Source: an uncultured Gemmatimonadales bacterium (lineage in GTDB: Bacteria; Gemmatimonadota; Gemmatimonadetes; Gemmatimonadales; GWC2-71-9). From it: DNA of 64,000 nucleotides. Where the stretch lies: assembly GCA_963728915.1 (NCBI GenBank), contig CAVSLV010000001.1:1152001-1216000 (forward strand), written 5' to 3'. Below are positions 38,695 to 54,785 of the stretch, piece by piece. The notes beneath the pieces were generated by a model, which saw nothing but the letters and a program-made list of their open reading frames with translations, was not told the DNA's origin and made no database searches. A program made the translations under genes and the position numbers. The first letter of the stretch is position 1, and every line of letters starts with the position of its first letter.

Positions 38695-39465
38695 TCAGCT
38701 CCCCCGCCGGGTCCAGAGAAGCAGGGCGCCGCAGTCGGAATCGCGACCGGTGCCGTACTCGGGAGGGACCTGGGCCGGACTGCGATAGTACTCGATGGCC
38801 ATCAGGCTGTTGACATCGAACTCCCGATTCAGGTCGGGAGGCCGCATGGCATTGTTCCGCGCCTTGTAGATCGCGATGCCGTCGAGAAAGACCGACACCC
38901 AGCAGGGAAGCCCGTCATCGGTCAGCGCGGTCGGCGAGGCGGCCCGGTACTCCACGAAGGTGGGACTCTCCTGGTAGGGAATGATCTTCACGCTGGTGCG
39001 GCCACGGAGCACATCGGCGAGCCGCCGTCCCTGGTATCTGCGGAGTTCGGTCGAGTCGATGAAGGTGCCGATGCCGAGCTTCCGGCGCTCCTCGAAGGCC
39101 GCCATGACACTCCCGGGAACGGGGGCGGCTTTCGCGGTGACGCCGACCTCGGGAAGCTCCTGCGCCGAAATCCTGACGAGGATGGCATCCAGGCGTACGG
39201 TGTCGCGCCTGGCGACCACCGTGCCCATCCGAACCTGCTGGTACCCGACCCGCCGGAAGACGATCACCCGCTTTCCGGTTGGCGAGACGATGCTGTATCT
39301 GCCTTCCGGGTCGGTGGTGGTGTGATCCTTCCCGCCCTCCACCGTCACCTCGACTTCGGACAGTGGCCGGCCGGTCGAATCGGCCCGCACCACGCCGGTC
39401 ACGACCTGGGCAGCGGCAACCGCCGGCCCTCCGGCGAGCAACAGGGCCCCGAGCATAACCCGCAT
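38695..39465 (-). CDS. Secreted carboxypeptidase-regulatory-like domain plus TonB-plug-like domain protein, no beta-barrel (paralogue B)
   Basis: Signal peptide ending AAA-Q; VTGVVRADSTGRPL; FEERRKLGIGTFI; VFLDG; AIEYYRS; CGALLLWTRRG. Confidence 0.8.
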   Translation of the reverse strand: MRVMLGALLLAGGPAVAAAQVVTGVVRADSTGRPLSEVEVTVEGGKDHTTTDPEGRYSIVSPTGKRVIVFRRVGYQQVRMGTVVARRDTVRLDAILVRISAQELPEVGVTAKAAPVPGSVMAAFEERRKLGIGTFIDSTELRRYQGRRLADVLRGRTSVKIIPYQESPTFVEYRAASPTALTDDGLPCWVSVFLDGIAIYKARNNAMRPPDLNREFDVNSLMAIEYYRSPAQVPPEYGTGRDSDCGALLLWTRRGS

Positions 39466-39479
39466 CGCCGATTCCTTTC

Positions 39480-41638
<2,159 letters not shown>

Positions 41639-41642
<4 letters not shown>

Positions 41643-42358
41643 AAAAGCCCCTGGCTCGCGAAGCTTACGAACCGGTCGCCACCGACGATCACGTGGTCGT
41701 ATACCGGGAGATCGAGCAGCTCACCTGCGCTGACGAGCTGGCGGGTGATGGCCTGATCGTCGGCGGACGGGGTCGGGTCACCGCTTGGGTGGTTGTGCAC
41801 CAGGATGATGCCGGCGGCCGCCTCGGCGATCGCGGCCCGGAAGACCTCGCGCGGATGCACCAGCGAGCTGTTGAGCAGTCCGCGGGTGATCAGAAGGTCG
41901 CGAGTGACCTGGCTTTGCGAATCGAGCGCCAGCACGTGAAACTCCTCTACCGCGAGGTCGCGGAGCCTGGGCCCCGCGATCCGCACGACGTCTTCGGGAC
42001 AGCGGATTCTGGGCGAGGCCGGCCGAGCCTCACGGCTCAATCGGGCCGCGAGCTCCAGCGCCGCGAGGAGACGGGCGCCCTTGGCCGGCCCGACTCCATG
42101 CGTCCGCAGCAACTCCCCCGCCGGCCGCGCGGCCAGGCGGCGGATCGAGCCTTCGGCAGGTTCGAGCAGGCTGGTGGCCAGCTCCAGGGCGCTCCGACCC
42201 CCTCCCCCCGTACCTAGGAGAATGGCCAGAAGTTCAGAAACGGTCAATGCTTGGGGGCCCAGGGCCCAGAGTCGTTCCCGGGGGAGGTCAGGAGCCGGGG
42301 GGGAGGGGAGGTCCGGAGGACGAACGATGGGGGCCGAGATGGTGGCTGGGGCGGCCAT
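41639..42358 (-). CDS. radC: RadC / UPF0758 JAB-domain protein
   Basis: PRERL...G...L...ELLAILLGTG, GVGPAK, VHPREVF, HNHPSGDPTPS..D, DHVIVG. Confidence 0.96.
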
Positions 42359-42462
42359 CTCATACGATAGGCGGTTCGGGTTGGTGGCTCAGGTCGAAAA
42401 GGGTGGCGGACCGTCCAAAACGGCGCAGGTCATCGCGCGTTTTTTCGAGGCGAAGGCCGTCA

Positions 42463-42588
42463 ATGGGGTTACCGGTCTGGTGCCCCGAGGATGAACGGCC
42501 CGAGATCGTCATCGACGTCCTGGGCTGGAAGGTTCGGGAGTCGGCTCACGAGGTTCGGATTCCTTTGAGGGATCTGCTCGGCTGGTAA
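42463..42588 (+). pseudogene. Possible C-terminal remnant of a Uma2 (DUF820) family endonuclease
   Basis: VWCPEDERPEIVIDVLGWKV...VRIPLRDLL resembles, from memory, the tail of Uma2 proteins. No catalytic N-terminal part is visible. Confidence 0.4.
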
Positions 42589-42605
42589 CCTGGTGTTCCC
42601 GGCGT

Positions 42606-43274
42606 CTACTTGGTCCAGATTGCTATTGCCCCGCAGCCCCCACTGAACTCGCCCGGGATGCTGCCGATGCCGCGATAGACCTCCATGAACTGGATCTGGG
42701 TCGGGCTGATGTCGTCCAGCACATCGGCGAGCTCGGTGGCCCGCTGGCGCGCCACTGCTGCGGCGTTGGCCCGTTCAGCGGGTAGGAGAGAGCTCGAGAC
42801 CGCTTCCTGATAACGCGGCTGCCAGTTGATCTTTCACCCGTCGATCCAGACCGCGACACATCCATCGTTGCAGCGAGGGAACCTGATCTCGGTGCCTCCT
42901 TGCCCGAGGTTTCTGCGGCGAAAGAAGTCATCGTACTTCGTGGTCCAGGCGAACTCGACCGGCTTCGCCTCTTTTGCCGTGACGGTGATCTCGGGCAGGA
43001 TCTGTGGCCCGGGGTCGAGCATGATCTCGATCTTCTGTGACGCCCCAGGCCCGAGGTTCAGACGAAGATATTGCGGGTTGAAGCCAATCCGTCCCGGGCC
43101 ATCCGTGTGAGCAACGACGTCGCTGCCCATGATCGTTGCCTCGGCCGCAGCAACAGGATCCCCATTTCGCGAGACTACCCGTCCTTGGATAGTATGGATC
43201 GTATCCTGTTGGCCGTGCGCGACATGAGGGCTGACAAGAAGGCTCAGGAGGGCGAGAAAGAAGGGTTGGACCAT
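42606..43274 (-). pseudogene. Degraded third paralogue (C) of the carboxypeptidase-reg/plug family
   Basis: In-frame TGA at 42836-42834 is followed in the same frame by ...IQFMEVYRGIGSIPGEFSGGCGAIAIWTK*. Two segments present in paralogues A and B are missing. Confidence 0.8.
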
Positions 43275-43323
43275 ACCAATCGCTCAAAATCACTCTGACC
43301 CACCGTCCAACCGAGATAACTCC

Positions 43324-43351
43324 AAGCTATGGATCAGGGGGGGGAGGTCAA
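43324..43351 (-). promoter_or_regulatory. Putative sigma70 promoter with a C8 tract in the spacer
   Basis: TTGACC(43351-43346), 16 nt including C8, TAGCTT(43329-43324), upstream of paralogue C. Confidence 0.5.
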
Positions 43352-43385
43352 TACTTCGACGAACCTGCGGAGGGGGACCTTCGCC

Positions 43386-46597
<3,212 letters not shown>

Positions 46598-46601
<4 letters not shown>

Positions 46602-47161
46602 GGTCCGTCCCGATACAACCCGTGCTGGGCGATGTAGTCCGCCACCGCATCCGGTACCCAATAGCGAATCGAACGACCCGCCGCGACGCGAAGGCGGATC
46701 TCGGTCGATGAAATATCCACGCGCGGCACCGACACTGCGGAGGGATCGCTGTCGCGTTCATCTCCACGCCGGAACACCGCGAGGCGTGCCAGCCTCCGCA
46801 CCTCCCCGGGCTCGTGCCAATGATCCAGCTCCCCCGCTGCGTCGGCCCCGAGCAGGAGTACCAGCTCCGCCTCCGGATGGGTTCGGCGCAGGGTCCGCAG
46901 CGTGTCCACGGTGTAGGACGGCTCCGGCCGGCACAGCTCCTGGCGATCCACGATCATCTCTGGGGCGCCCTCGACCGCCAGCTCGACCATGCTGGCGCGA
47001 TCCTCCGGCGCCGCCCGGTGGCGCCCCTGCTTGAGCGGCTGTTGCCGCGCCACGACCAGGTGGACCCGGTCGAGTGCGAGGGCCTCGCGCAGGCAGCTCG
47101 CGGCGATGAGGTGCCCGTGGTGAACCGGGTCGAACGAGCCGCCGAACACACCGATCCGCAT
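46598..47161 (-). CDS. nadD: Nicotinate-nucleotide adenylyltransferase
   Basis: [31 protein letters not shown]. Confidence 0.97.
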
Positions 47162-47162
47162 G

Positions 47163-47906
47163 TTACGCCTTGCACAGCCGGATGGGTCCTGCCGGATCCG
47201 GAAAGTACTGCCGGATGTACTGGCAGGTTTCCTTGACGTCTTCCTGGTAGTTGATGCGCTGGTAGGCGCGCACCAGGTGCTCGAGGGCATCGGGAACCAC
47301 ATCGGTCTGCGGATAGGACGCGATGACCGACCGCAGCAGCAGAATCGCCGAGTCGTACGCCTTGAATCGCATGTAGAAGAGCGCGTTCAAATAGTCCTTC
47401 TTCGCGTACTTTTCGTTCAGCTCGCGCAGGCGAAGCCCGGCGCGCCGCGCGGCGGGCGTTCCGGGATAGCGAGCGAGGACCTCCTCGTAGATGGTCTTCG
47501 CCGCGTCCCCATAGGTCGGGTCGAGCTCCGCTTTCCGCCAGAGCTCGGCGTTGGCATCGCCGGCCCGGACCAGCGCATCGGAAGCCAGCGGCCCTTCGGG
47601 GAGCTCGTCCGCTACGCGCCGGAACTCCCGCACCGCCTGAAGCGCTTCGTGTTTGGCGAGGTGCACCTCGCCCTGGATGAAGTGCATCCGGAAATAGCGG
47701 GGATCCGCCGGCGTCAGCATGGCGTTCATCCCGTCAATGCGGTGCTGGGTCTCGTCCCAGCGTCCGTGACGAAACGAGGTCTCGAGCTCCCGCCAGAGCG
47801 AATCTCTCACCACATCGGCCGGGGCCGTGGTCGGCGTCGCGACAACCGGTTTCCGGCCGCACGCTCCGATCGCAAGCGCTCCCAGCAACATGAGCCTGAT
47901 CTTCAT
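47163..47906 (-). CDS. bamD: Outer membrane protein assembly factor BamD
   Basis: IGAC lipobox, TPRs, ELDPTYG..A...YEEVLARYP, AKKDYLNALFY. Confidence 0.85.
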   Translation of the reverse strand: MKIRLMLLGALAIGACGRKPVVATPTTAPADVVRDSLWRELETSFRHGRWDETQHRIDGMNAMLTPADPRYFRMHFIQGEVHLAKHEALQAVREFRRVADELPEGPLASDALVRAGDANAELWRKAELDPTYGDAAKTIYEEVLARYPGTPAARRAGLRLRELNEKYAKKDYLNALFYMRFKAYDSAILLLRSVIASYPQTDVVPDALEHLVRAYQRINYQEDVKETCQYIRQYFPDPAGPIRLCKA

Positions 47907-48811
47907 CTCCCGGGTGCTTCTCCTTCCAGTCGCCCGGCCGAGGAGCCCAGCGAATCGAGTTTGGCCCTCGCGAGCGTCCGCAGGGAATCGGGCAGGGTCT
48001 GGACCGAGAGCACGCTCTGATAGGCGAGCGCCGCGCCCAGGACATCGCCCTGGAGCAGACGCGAATCTCCCAAGCCGATCTCCGCTCGCCAGCCGGTTGG
48101 GCTCGCGGGCACCGCGGCGGCGGCGGATTCGAACCATTGCTCAGCCAGGTCTCCCTGGTGAGTGCCGAGTGCATCGAGGCCAAGTCGAAGCCCGCAGGCC
48201 CCGAGGCCCGCTCCGGCTGTCGCCCGTTGCTGGGCTACGGTGCTCCGGCGGAGTACGGTCTGGTAGGTTCGAACCGCCGACTCGCACGCGGTGGTCGCCT
48301 GCTGGGCTTGACCATACAGGAGCAACAGAGAATCCACCACCTTCCGATGGGTCGCCGAGGCGAGCATCGCCGGGAGTGCCCCGGCCGCCTCCGAGGGGCC
48401 CAGTTCTGCTCGAGGTGTGAGAGCCCATCGTCCCAGCGGCCGTCCCGGCGAAGCCCGCAGCGCACGAACCGCGGCGGCCAGATGAATCGCTTCGGCTGCC
48501 CCGCCCTTCTCGGCGGCTTCCGCCACGCGTTCAAGCCCGATGGCAGCCTCGGTCGCTCGGGAGGGATCGTCCACGCGAAGCGTGGTATAGGCTTCCACCG
48601 CGACGCCGAGCTGTCCGCTCTTGAGCGCCGCGTTGCCGAGCTTGGCCCAGACCTGGGATCCGGCGCCGCTCCGCAACGCCGCCCGGTATTCGGCGACGGC
48701 AACGGGGAACTCGGCGTTGCGGTAGGCGTGGTCGCCCAGGCGCTCGTGATCGGCCGCCGCCGACGCACAACCGGAAAGCCAGAAAGACAGCAGGACCATG
48801 CGAAGCTTCAC
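47903..48811 (-). CDS. TPR-like lipoprotein of unknown function
   Basis: LSGC lipobox and helical Ala/Leu/Gly repeats. Coupled on both sides (GTGA and ATGA). Confidence 0.75.
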   Translation of the reverse strand: MKLRMVLLSFWLSGCASAAADHERLGDHAYRNAEFPVAVAEYRAALRSGAGSQVWAKLGNAALKSGQLGVAVEAYTTLRVDDPSRATEAAIGLERVAEAAEKGGAAEAIHLAAAVRALRASPGRPLGRWALTPRAELGPSEAAGALPAMLASATHRKVVDSLLLLYGQAQQATTACESAVRTYQTVLRRSTVAQQRATAGAGLGACGLRLGLDALGTHQGDLAEQWFESAAAAVPASPTGWRAEIGLGDSRLLQGDVLGAALAYQSVLSVQTLPDSLRTLARAKLDSLGSSAGRLEGEAPGR

Positions 48812-49515
48812 GCCGTGAGTCGCTCCGCCATCGCGAGATAGGCATCGACCCGTGGATCACGGGGCCATCGCGACCGGCAGGTGGTCCAGACTTCGCGGGC
48901 GGCCGCGGCGTCGCCACCGAGATAGTGGGCCAGACCAAGCAAGGCGATCGCATCGGGAAAATCCGGGTGGTCGGCCACGATACCCTCGAGCTCTTCGCGC
49001 GCTTCCAGCGCTCGACCGGCTTCGAGCAGCAGGCGGGCCAGCCGGTATCGAAGATCGTGGAAGGCGGGACCGAGGAATACGGCGCGGCGGAACTGCTCGA
49101 TCGCTTCGTGCAAGGCTCCCGCTTCGGCGTACGCCTCGCCAAGGGCGGCGTGCTGATTGGCCAGACGGGCGGCGACCCCCCGCGGGAACCCGCCTTCACT
49201 TCGGACATCGCTGACACCCGCCGCTTGAAACGCCTTGGCCGCGTCCTCGTGGCGGCCCATGTCGTTCAGCACGACTCCCCGATGCAGGTGGGCCTCGACA
49301 TAGCGAGGGTTGATGGCCAGCGCCTTCTCGAATTCGTCGAGGGCGCGATCCCGCTGCCCGAGGAGAGCGAAGGTCAGACCCAGGAGCTGATGGACGTCGG
49401 CGAACCGGCGTCCCTGCGACAAGAGCTCTTCCAGGAGGTGGACCGCGCCGTAGTAGTCCTGGACCGCAAAACGTTCCCGCGCCTGCAGCAGCAGGTGGTC
49501 TGGGCTGACGTGCAT
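48808..49515 (-). CDS. Cytoplasmic TPR protein
   Basis: FADVHQLLG, ALAINPRYVEAHL, FHDLRYRLA. TATCTT lies 6 nt before the ATG. Confidence 0.88.
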   Translation of the reverse strand: MHVSPDHLLLQARERFAVQDYYGAVHLLEELLSQGRRFADVHQLLGLTFALLGQRDRALDEFEKALAINPRYVEAHLHRGVVLNDMGRHEDAAKAFQAAGVSDVRSEGGFPRGVAARLANQHAALGEAYAEAGALHEAIEQFRRAVFLGPAFHDLRYRLARLLLEAGRALEAREELEGIVADHPDFPDAIALLGLAHYLGGDAAAAREVWTTCRSRWPRDPRVDAYLAMAERLTA

Positions 49516-49536
49516 AAGTACAAGATAACGAGGCTC

Positions 49537-50472
49537 TTAGCCGCGCAGGACCTGCCGGAAATACTCGATGGTCTGGACCAGGCCGTCCCGCAAAGGAACC
49601 AGGGGCGCCCACCCCAGCAGAGAGCTTGCCACGGTGATGTCGGGCTTCCGCACCTGGGGATCATCCTGGGGCAGAGGGCGGAATTCGATGGGTGAGGAGG
49701 AGCCGGTCATCTCCCGGATCAGCTCAGCGAGTTGGAGCACGGTGAACTCGCCCGGATTTCCCACATTGACCGGATCGCTCCGATTGCTCTGGAAGAGCCG
49801 GTAGATGCCATCGATGAGATCGCTGACGTAGCAGAACGACCGGGTTTGCGTCCCGTCGCCGTAGATAGTGATCGGTTCTCCCTGGAGCGCCTGCACGATG
49901 AAATTGGAGACCACTCTCCCGTCGCGCGGACGCATCCGCGGCCCATAGGTGTTGAAGATCCGCACAATGCGGGTAGCGAGCCCGTGGTAGCGATGATAGG
50001 CCATGGTGATAGCTTCGGCGAACCGCTTCGCTTCGTCGTACACCCCGCGAATCCCGACCGGGTTCACGTTGCCCCAGTAGCTCTCCGGCTGCGGATGTAC
50101 CAGGGGATCACCGTACACCTCCGAGGTCGACGCCAGGAAGAACCGCGCCCCGGTGGCCCGGGCGAGGCCCAGGCAGTTGTGGGTCCCCAGCGATCCCACC
50201 TTGAGGGTCTGAATCGGGAGCTGGAGATAGTCGACCGGACTCGCGGGCGAGGCGAAATGAAGAATGCCGTCGAGCGAACCGCTCCAGGGGATGAACTCCG
50301 AAACATTGTGGCGCCGGAACTCGAACCGGGGGAGGTCCGCGAGATGGGCGATATTGCGGGGTGAGCCGGTGAGGAAGTTGTCCATCCCCACCACCGAGTG
50401 ATTCTCGGCCAGCAGGCGATCCACCAGGTGCGAGCCGAGAAAGCCGGCGGCACCGGTCACCAGCAGTTTCAT
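49537..50472 (-). CDS. UDP-glucuronic acid decarboxylase (UDP-xylose synthase family)
   Basis: [47 protein letters not shown]. Confidence 0.93.
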   Translation of the reverse strand: MKLLVTGAAGFLGSHLVDRLLAENHSVVGMDNFLTGSPRNIAHLADLPRFEFRRHNVSEFIPWSGSLDGILHFASPASPVDYLQLPIQTLKVGSLGTHNCLGLARATGARFFLASTSEVYGDPLVHPQPESYWGNVNPVGIRGVYDEAKRFAEAITMAYHRYHGLATRIVRIFNTYGPRMRPRDGRVVSNFIVQALQGEPITIYGDGTQTRSFCYVSDLIDGIYRLFQSNRSDPVNVGNPGEFTVLQLAELIREMTGSSSPIEFRPLPQDDPQVRKPDITVASSLLGWAPLVPLRDGLVQTIEYFRQVLRG

Positions 50473-51788
50473 GGGCTCGCCGCGGTGGCCGCGCGCCCGA
50501 TGCTGGAGTACTCGAAGCCCCGTCGCTGCATCAGGCCGGGATCGTAGAGATTTCGTCCGTCGAACACCAGCGGGTTACGCAGCAAGGCCTTCATGCGCTC
50601 GAAGTCGGGATTGCGGTAGACCAGCCATTCGGTCACCACCACCAGGCCGTCGGCGCCCGCGAGCGCATCGTAGGGATCGGCGGCGTAATGGATCCGGTCG
50701 CCGAAGAGCCCGCGGGCGACCGCCATCGCCTTGGGATCGTGGGCGCCGACTCTGCCTCCCGCCTTCAGGATTCCCTCCACCAGGGGAATCGACGGGCTTT
50801 CCCGCATGTCGTCGGTCTCGGCCTTGAACGCGAGGCCCCACACCGCGATCTGTTTTCCCGCAAGCGAGGGCCCCAGGCGCCCGAGCACCCGGTCGAGGAG
50901 AAGGCGCTTTTGGCGTTCGTTGACCGCTTCCACGGCGTCCAGGAGACTGGGCTCCATCCCGAGCTGGCGCGCGGTCCCCACCAGGGCCTTCACATCCTTG
51001 GGAAAGCACGATCCGCCATAGCCGGGGCCGGGGAACAGGAATGCCGATCCGATTCGCCGATCGCTGCCGATGCCGCGCCGTACCAGCCCGACGTCGGCTC
51101 CGACCCGCTCGCAGAAATCGGCGATCTGGTTCATGAAGGAGATCCGGGTGGCCAGCATGGCGTTGGCGGCGTACTTGGTGACTTCGGCCGACGGGATGTC
51201 CATGAAGAGAATCGGGTTCCCGGTGCGCACGAAGGGCGCGTAGAGGGACTCCATCAGCTCGCGCGCTTCCTCGCTGTCCACGCCGAGCACCACCCGGTCG
51301 GGCTTCATGAAATCGTCGATCGCGGCGCCTTCCTTGAGGAACTCGGGGTTGGAACAGAGCTGGACGCGCTCCCCGGTGCGCTCCCGGATGGCGGTTCGGA
51401 CTTTTTCCGCCGTCCCCACCGGCACGGTCGACTTGGTCACTACGACCTTGGGCTCATTGATGAACTCCCCGATCGAGCGCGCCACCCCGAGCACATGCTG
51501 CAAGTCGGCGTTGCCGTCGCCATCGGGAGGAGTTCCCACCGCGATGAAGATGACCCGACCATGTTCGATCGCCCCGCGGATGTCGGTGGTGAAGCGAAGG
51601 CGCCCCTCCGCCTGATTGCGCTGCACCAGCGGCTCCAGCCCCGGCTCGTAGATCGGAATGTCATTGGCGGTCAGCCGGCGCACCTTCTCGGCGTCCACGT
51701 CGGCGCACAGCACCTCGTTCCCGGTCTCCGCGAAGCACGCCCCGGCCACCAGTCCCACGTAGCCGGTTCCGATCACGGTCACTCTCAT
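50469..51788 (-). CDS. ugd: UDP-glucose 6-dehydrogenase
   Basis: [46 protein letters not shown]. Confidence 0.95.
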   Translation of the reverse strand: MRVTVIGTGYVGLVAGACFAETGNEVLCADVDAEKVRRLTANDIPIYEPGLEPLVQRNQAEGRLRFTTDIRGAIEHGRVIFIAVGTPPDGDGNADLQHVLGVARSIGEFINEPKVVVTKSTVPVGTAEKVRTAIRERTGERVQLCSNPEFLKEGAAIDDFMKPDRVVLGVDSEEARELMESLYAPFVRTGNPILFMDIPSAEVTKYAANAMLATRISFMNQIADFCERVGADVGLVRRGIGSDRRIGSAFLFPGPGYGGSCFPKDVKALVGTARQLGMEPSLLDAVEAVNERQKRLLLDRVLGRLGPSLAGKQIAVWGLAFKAETDDMRESPSIPLVEGILKAGGRVGAHDPKAMAVARGLFGDRIHYAADPYDALAGADGLVVVTEWLVYRNPDFERMKALLRNPLVFDGRNLYDPGLMQRRGFEYSSIGRAATAASP

Positions 51789-53077
51789 GAAGTCCCTTTA
51801 CCACGGAGGGCATTCCGGGTATCGACGATGAGGCGGGCCTGGCGTCGCACCAGGTCATAGTCCACGGTGTGGTGGTCGGTGACGATGATCACGCAATCCG
51901 ACCCGCTCAGGGTCGCCTCCTTCAACGGAGTGGACTCGTAGGTGTGGCCATCCTCCGCAAACCGTGGCACGTAGGGATCGTGATAACTGACCGCGGCGCC
52001 CTGCTGCTCGAGCAGCTTGATGATGTCGAGCGCGGGGCTCTCCCGGAGGTCGTCGATGTCGCGCTTGTAGGCGACGCCGAGGACCAGGACTTTGGAGCCA
52101 CGGATCGCCTTGCCGACGCTGTTGAGGGCCTCCCCGACCCGGCGCACCCAGAACGCCGGCATTTCGGTGTTGACCTCCCCGGCCAGATCGATGAATCGGG
52201 TCTTGTAGTTGAGTCCCCGCATCTTCCAGGCGAGATAGTGCGGGTCGATCGGGATGCAGTGCCCTCCCAGTCCCGGTCCCGGGGTGAACTTCATGAACCC
52301 GAAGGGCTTGGTCGCCGCGGCATCGATCACCTCCCAGACATCCACGCCGAGCTTGTCGCAGACGATCGCCATTTCATTCGCCAGCCCGATGTTCACGCTC
52401 CGAAAGGTGTTCTCCAGCAGCTTGACCAGCTCCGCGGCTTCGGTCGTGGAAACCGGGACCAGGGTCTCGATCGCCGGTTGGTACAGGGCGCACACCACCC
52501 GGAGACAATCGGGCGTGATGCCGCCGACGACCTTCGGCGTGTTATGAGTGTGCCAGACCGGATTGCCGGGATCCACCCGCTCGGGGCTGAAGGCGAGGAA
52601 GAAGTCCTCGCCGACTTTGAGCCCGGTGGATTCCAGGGCCGGCAGCATGATCTCCCGGGTGGTCCCCGGGTAGGTGGTGCTCTCCAGAATGATCGCCTGC
52701 CCCGGCCGGAGCACCTGCTTGACCGTCCCGGTCGCCGCGACGATGTAGCTCACGTCGGGGTCCTTGAACTTGGAGAGCGGGGTGGGCACGCAGATCGAGA
52801 TGGCGTCCGCCTCGCGAAGCCGGTTGCCATCGGAGGTCGCCTCGAACCGCCCGGCCTGGATGATCTCCTGGAGGGCCTGGTCCGGGATGTCCTTCACGTG
52901 CGAGTGACCCGCATTGAGCCCGGTCACCACTCGCTCGAGCACATCGAATCCGAGCACCCGGTATCCCGCCCGCGCCAGCTCCACCGCAAGCGGCAGCCCG
53001 ACATAGCCGAGGCCGATGATCCCGAACAGCGCTTCGCGCGATTCGGCCTTCTGGATCAGACGTTCGGCTCCACCCAT
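51785..53077 (-). CDS. UDP-N-acetylglucosamine 6-dehydrogenase (WbpA/WbpO family)
   Basis: GLGYVGLPL, ICVPTPL, LESTTYPGTT, FSPERVDPGN, PGPGLGGHCIPIDP. Confidence 0.92.
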   Translation of the reverse strand: MGGAERLIQKAESREALFGIIGLGYVGLPLAVELARAGYRVLGFDVLERVVTGLNAGHSHVKDIPDQALQEIIQAGRFEATSDGNRLREADAISICVPTPLSKFKDPDVSYIVAATGTVKQVLRPGQAIILESTTYPGTTREIMLPALESTGLKVGEDFFLAFSPERVDPGNPVWHTHNTPKVVGGITPDCLRVVCALYQPAIETLVPVSTTEAAELVKLLENTFRSVNIGLANEMAIVCDKLGVDVWEVIDAAATKPFGFMKFTPGPGLGGHCIPIDPHYLAWKMRGLNYKTRFIDLAGEVNTEMPAFWVRRVGEALNSVGKAIRGSKVLVLGVAYKRDIDDLRESPALDIIKLLEQQGAAVSYHDPYVPRFAEDGHTYESTPLKEATLSGSDCVIIVTDHHTVDYDLVRRQARLIVDTRNALRGKGTS

Positions 53078-54210
53078 CAGTCGGGCCTCCCCCCGAAGAA
53101 CTCCAGGACGGACTCGGCAATGCGCTCCTGCTGGAGCCCGGTCAACTCGGGGTAAACCGGGATCGCCAGGATCTCGCGGGTCGCCGCTTCGCTCTCGGGA
53201 AAACTCCCCTCCCGGTATCCAAGGTGCCGGAAGCAGGGCTGCAGGTGCAGCGCAAGAGGGTAGTACACAGCACACCCGATGCCATGGCTCCCGAGGTGCT
53301 CCATAAGGGCATCGCGGCGGGGCACCCGGATGCAATACTGGTGGAAGATGTGTTCGTTGCGTGGATCCATCGCCGGGGGCACGATTTCCGGGTGCCCGGC
53401 GAAGCGGGTGTTGTACCAGTTGGCGTGCCCCCGGCGGGTCGCGCTCCAGCCCGGGAGAAACGGCAGCTTGGCGAGGAGGACCGCCGCCTGCAGCGTGTCC
53501 AGCCGGCTGTTGGTGCCGACCTCTTCGTAGTGGTACTTCCGCAGCCCGCCATGGACCCGGAGCCGCCGCACCCGTTCGGCCACCGCATCGTCCTGGGTGA
53601 GGATCATGCCGGCATCCCCCCAGGCGCCCAGGTTCTTGGTGGGGAAGAAGGACAGCGTCGCCGCCCAACCGGTCTCCCCTGCCATCCGCCAGGCCCCGTC
53701 CATCTTCCGGCGCGCCCCGATCGCCTGCGCCGCGTCCTCGAAGACGGGAAGGTCGTGGCGGCCCGCGATCGCGAGGATTTCCTCCATGGCCGCCATTTGC
53801 CCGAACAAGTGCACCGGAATGATGGCCCGGGTCCGGGGACCGATCGCGGCCTCGAGCTGGGCGGGATCCAGGTTCATGGTGGTGCGCTCGATGTCCACGA
53901 AGACCGGACGTCCCCCCGCGTTATGCACTGCCAGCGCGGTTCCCGGGAAGGTGAAGGCCGGGGTGATCACCTCGTCGTCCGGCCGGAGGCCCAGGGCCTT
54001 GAGGGGCAACAGCAGCGCGTCGGTACCGCTGGCGACCCCGATCGCATGACGCACCTTCGACAACACGCCGATCGCCCGCTCCAGCTCCTCGCCCTCGGGA
54101 CCCATGATGAACTGCTGCCGCTGGATGACGGCCTGCACCGCCGGCATGACCGCATCGCGGACCGCGGCGTGCTGCGCCGCGAGATCGACCAGAGGGATCC
54201 GCTCGCTCAT
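53077..54210 (-). CDS. DegT/DnrJ/EryC1/StrS aminotransferase (WbpE/WlbC-like)
   Basis: [47 protein letters not shown]. Confidence 0.95.
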   Translation of the reverse strand: MSERIPLVDLAAQHAAVRDAVMPAVQAVIQRQQFIMGPEGEELERAIGVLSKVRHAIGVASGTDALLLPLKALGLRPDDEVITPAFTFPGTALAVHNAGGRPVFVDIERTTMNLDPAQLEAAIGPRTRAIIPVHLFGQMAAMEEILAIAGRHDLPVFEDAAQAIGARRKMDGAWRMAGETGWAATLSFFPTKNLGAWGDAGMILTQDDAVAERVRRLRVHGGLRKYHYEEVGTNSRLDTLQAAVLLAKLPFLPGWSATRRGHANWYNTRFAGHPEIVPPAMDPRNEHIFHQYCIRVPRRDALMEHLGSHGIGCAVYYPLALHLQPCFRHLGYREGSFPESEAATREILAIPVYPELTGLQQERIAESVLEFFGGRPD

Positions 54211-54785
54211 GCCGCCTCGATCGGAGCCAGCCGATCGCCCGTTTCCCGGTAGCCGCGCCCGCACTCCCGGCAGGTGGCTTCTCCGGTCCGCACTGCGAGG
54301 CGACACCCGCAGCGGCAGGTCCATCCGATCCAGCGAGCCGGGACGCCGACCATCAGCGCGTAGGGAGACACCTCTCCCCGGATCACGGCGCCCGCCCCGA
54401 TGAAGGCGTATTCGCCGATCGTGGAACCACACACGATCGTCGCGTTGGCGCCGATCGTCGCGCCCCGGCGCACCAGGGTGGGCTGGTAGGCATCGCGGCG
54501 GGAAACCTCGCTGCGGGGATTGATCACGTTGGTGAACACGCAGCTGGGCCCGCAGAATACCTGGTCTTCGAGGGTCACCCCCTCGTACACCGAGACGTTG
54601 TTCTGGATCTTCACTTCATTCCCGATCCGCACCCCGGACATGACCACCACATTCTGCCCGAGGGTGCAGCGCTCCCCGATGACCGCCCCGGGCATCACGT
54701 GACAGAAATGCCAGATCTTGGTTCCGGCGCCGATCCTCGCGCCGGGGTCGACGAAAGACGACTCGTGCACGAAATAGCTGCTCAT
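54207..54785 (-). CDS. Hexapeptide-repeat N-acetyltransferase (WbpD/WlbB-like)
   Basis: [35 protein letters not shown], and a C-terminal CxC...CxxC. Confidence 0.93.
   Translation of the reverse strand: MSSYFVHESSFVDPGARIGAGTKIWHFCHVMPGAVIGERCTLGQNVVVMSGVRIGNEVKIQNNVSVYEGVTLEDQVFCGPSCVFTNVINPRSEVSRRDAYQPTLVRRGATIGANATIVCGSTIGEYAFIGAGAVIRGEVSPYALMVGVPARWIGWTCRCGCRLAVRTGEATCRECGRGYRETGDRLAPIEAA

Noticed and set aside
42834..42836. TGA as a selenocysteine codon
   Set aside because: It aligns with aliphatic residues in the paralogues, no SECIS is evident, and the gene shows other signs of decay.
51785..53668. 627-aa ORF as a fused dehydrogenase (likewise the long N-terminal extensions of pal, bamD, nadD, ftsK and paralogues A/B in the ORF track)
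   Set aside because: The extensions are off-frame overlaps with upstream genes. Downstream starts with stop-start coupling or an SD fit better.
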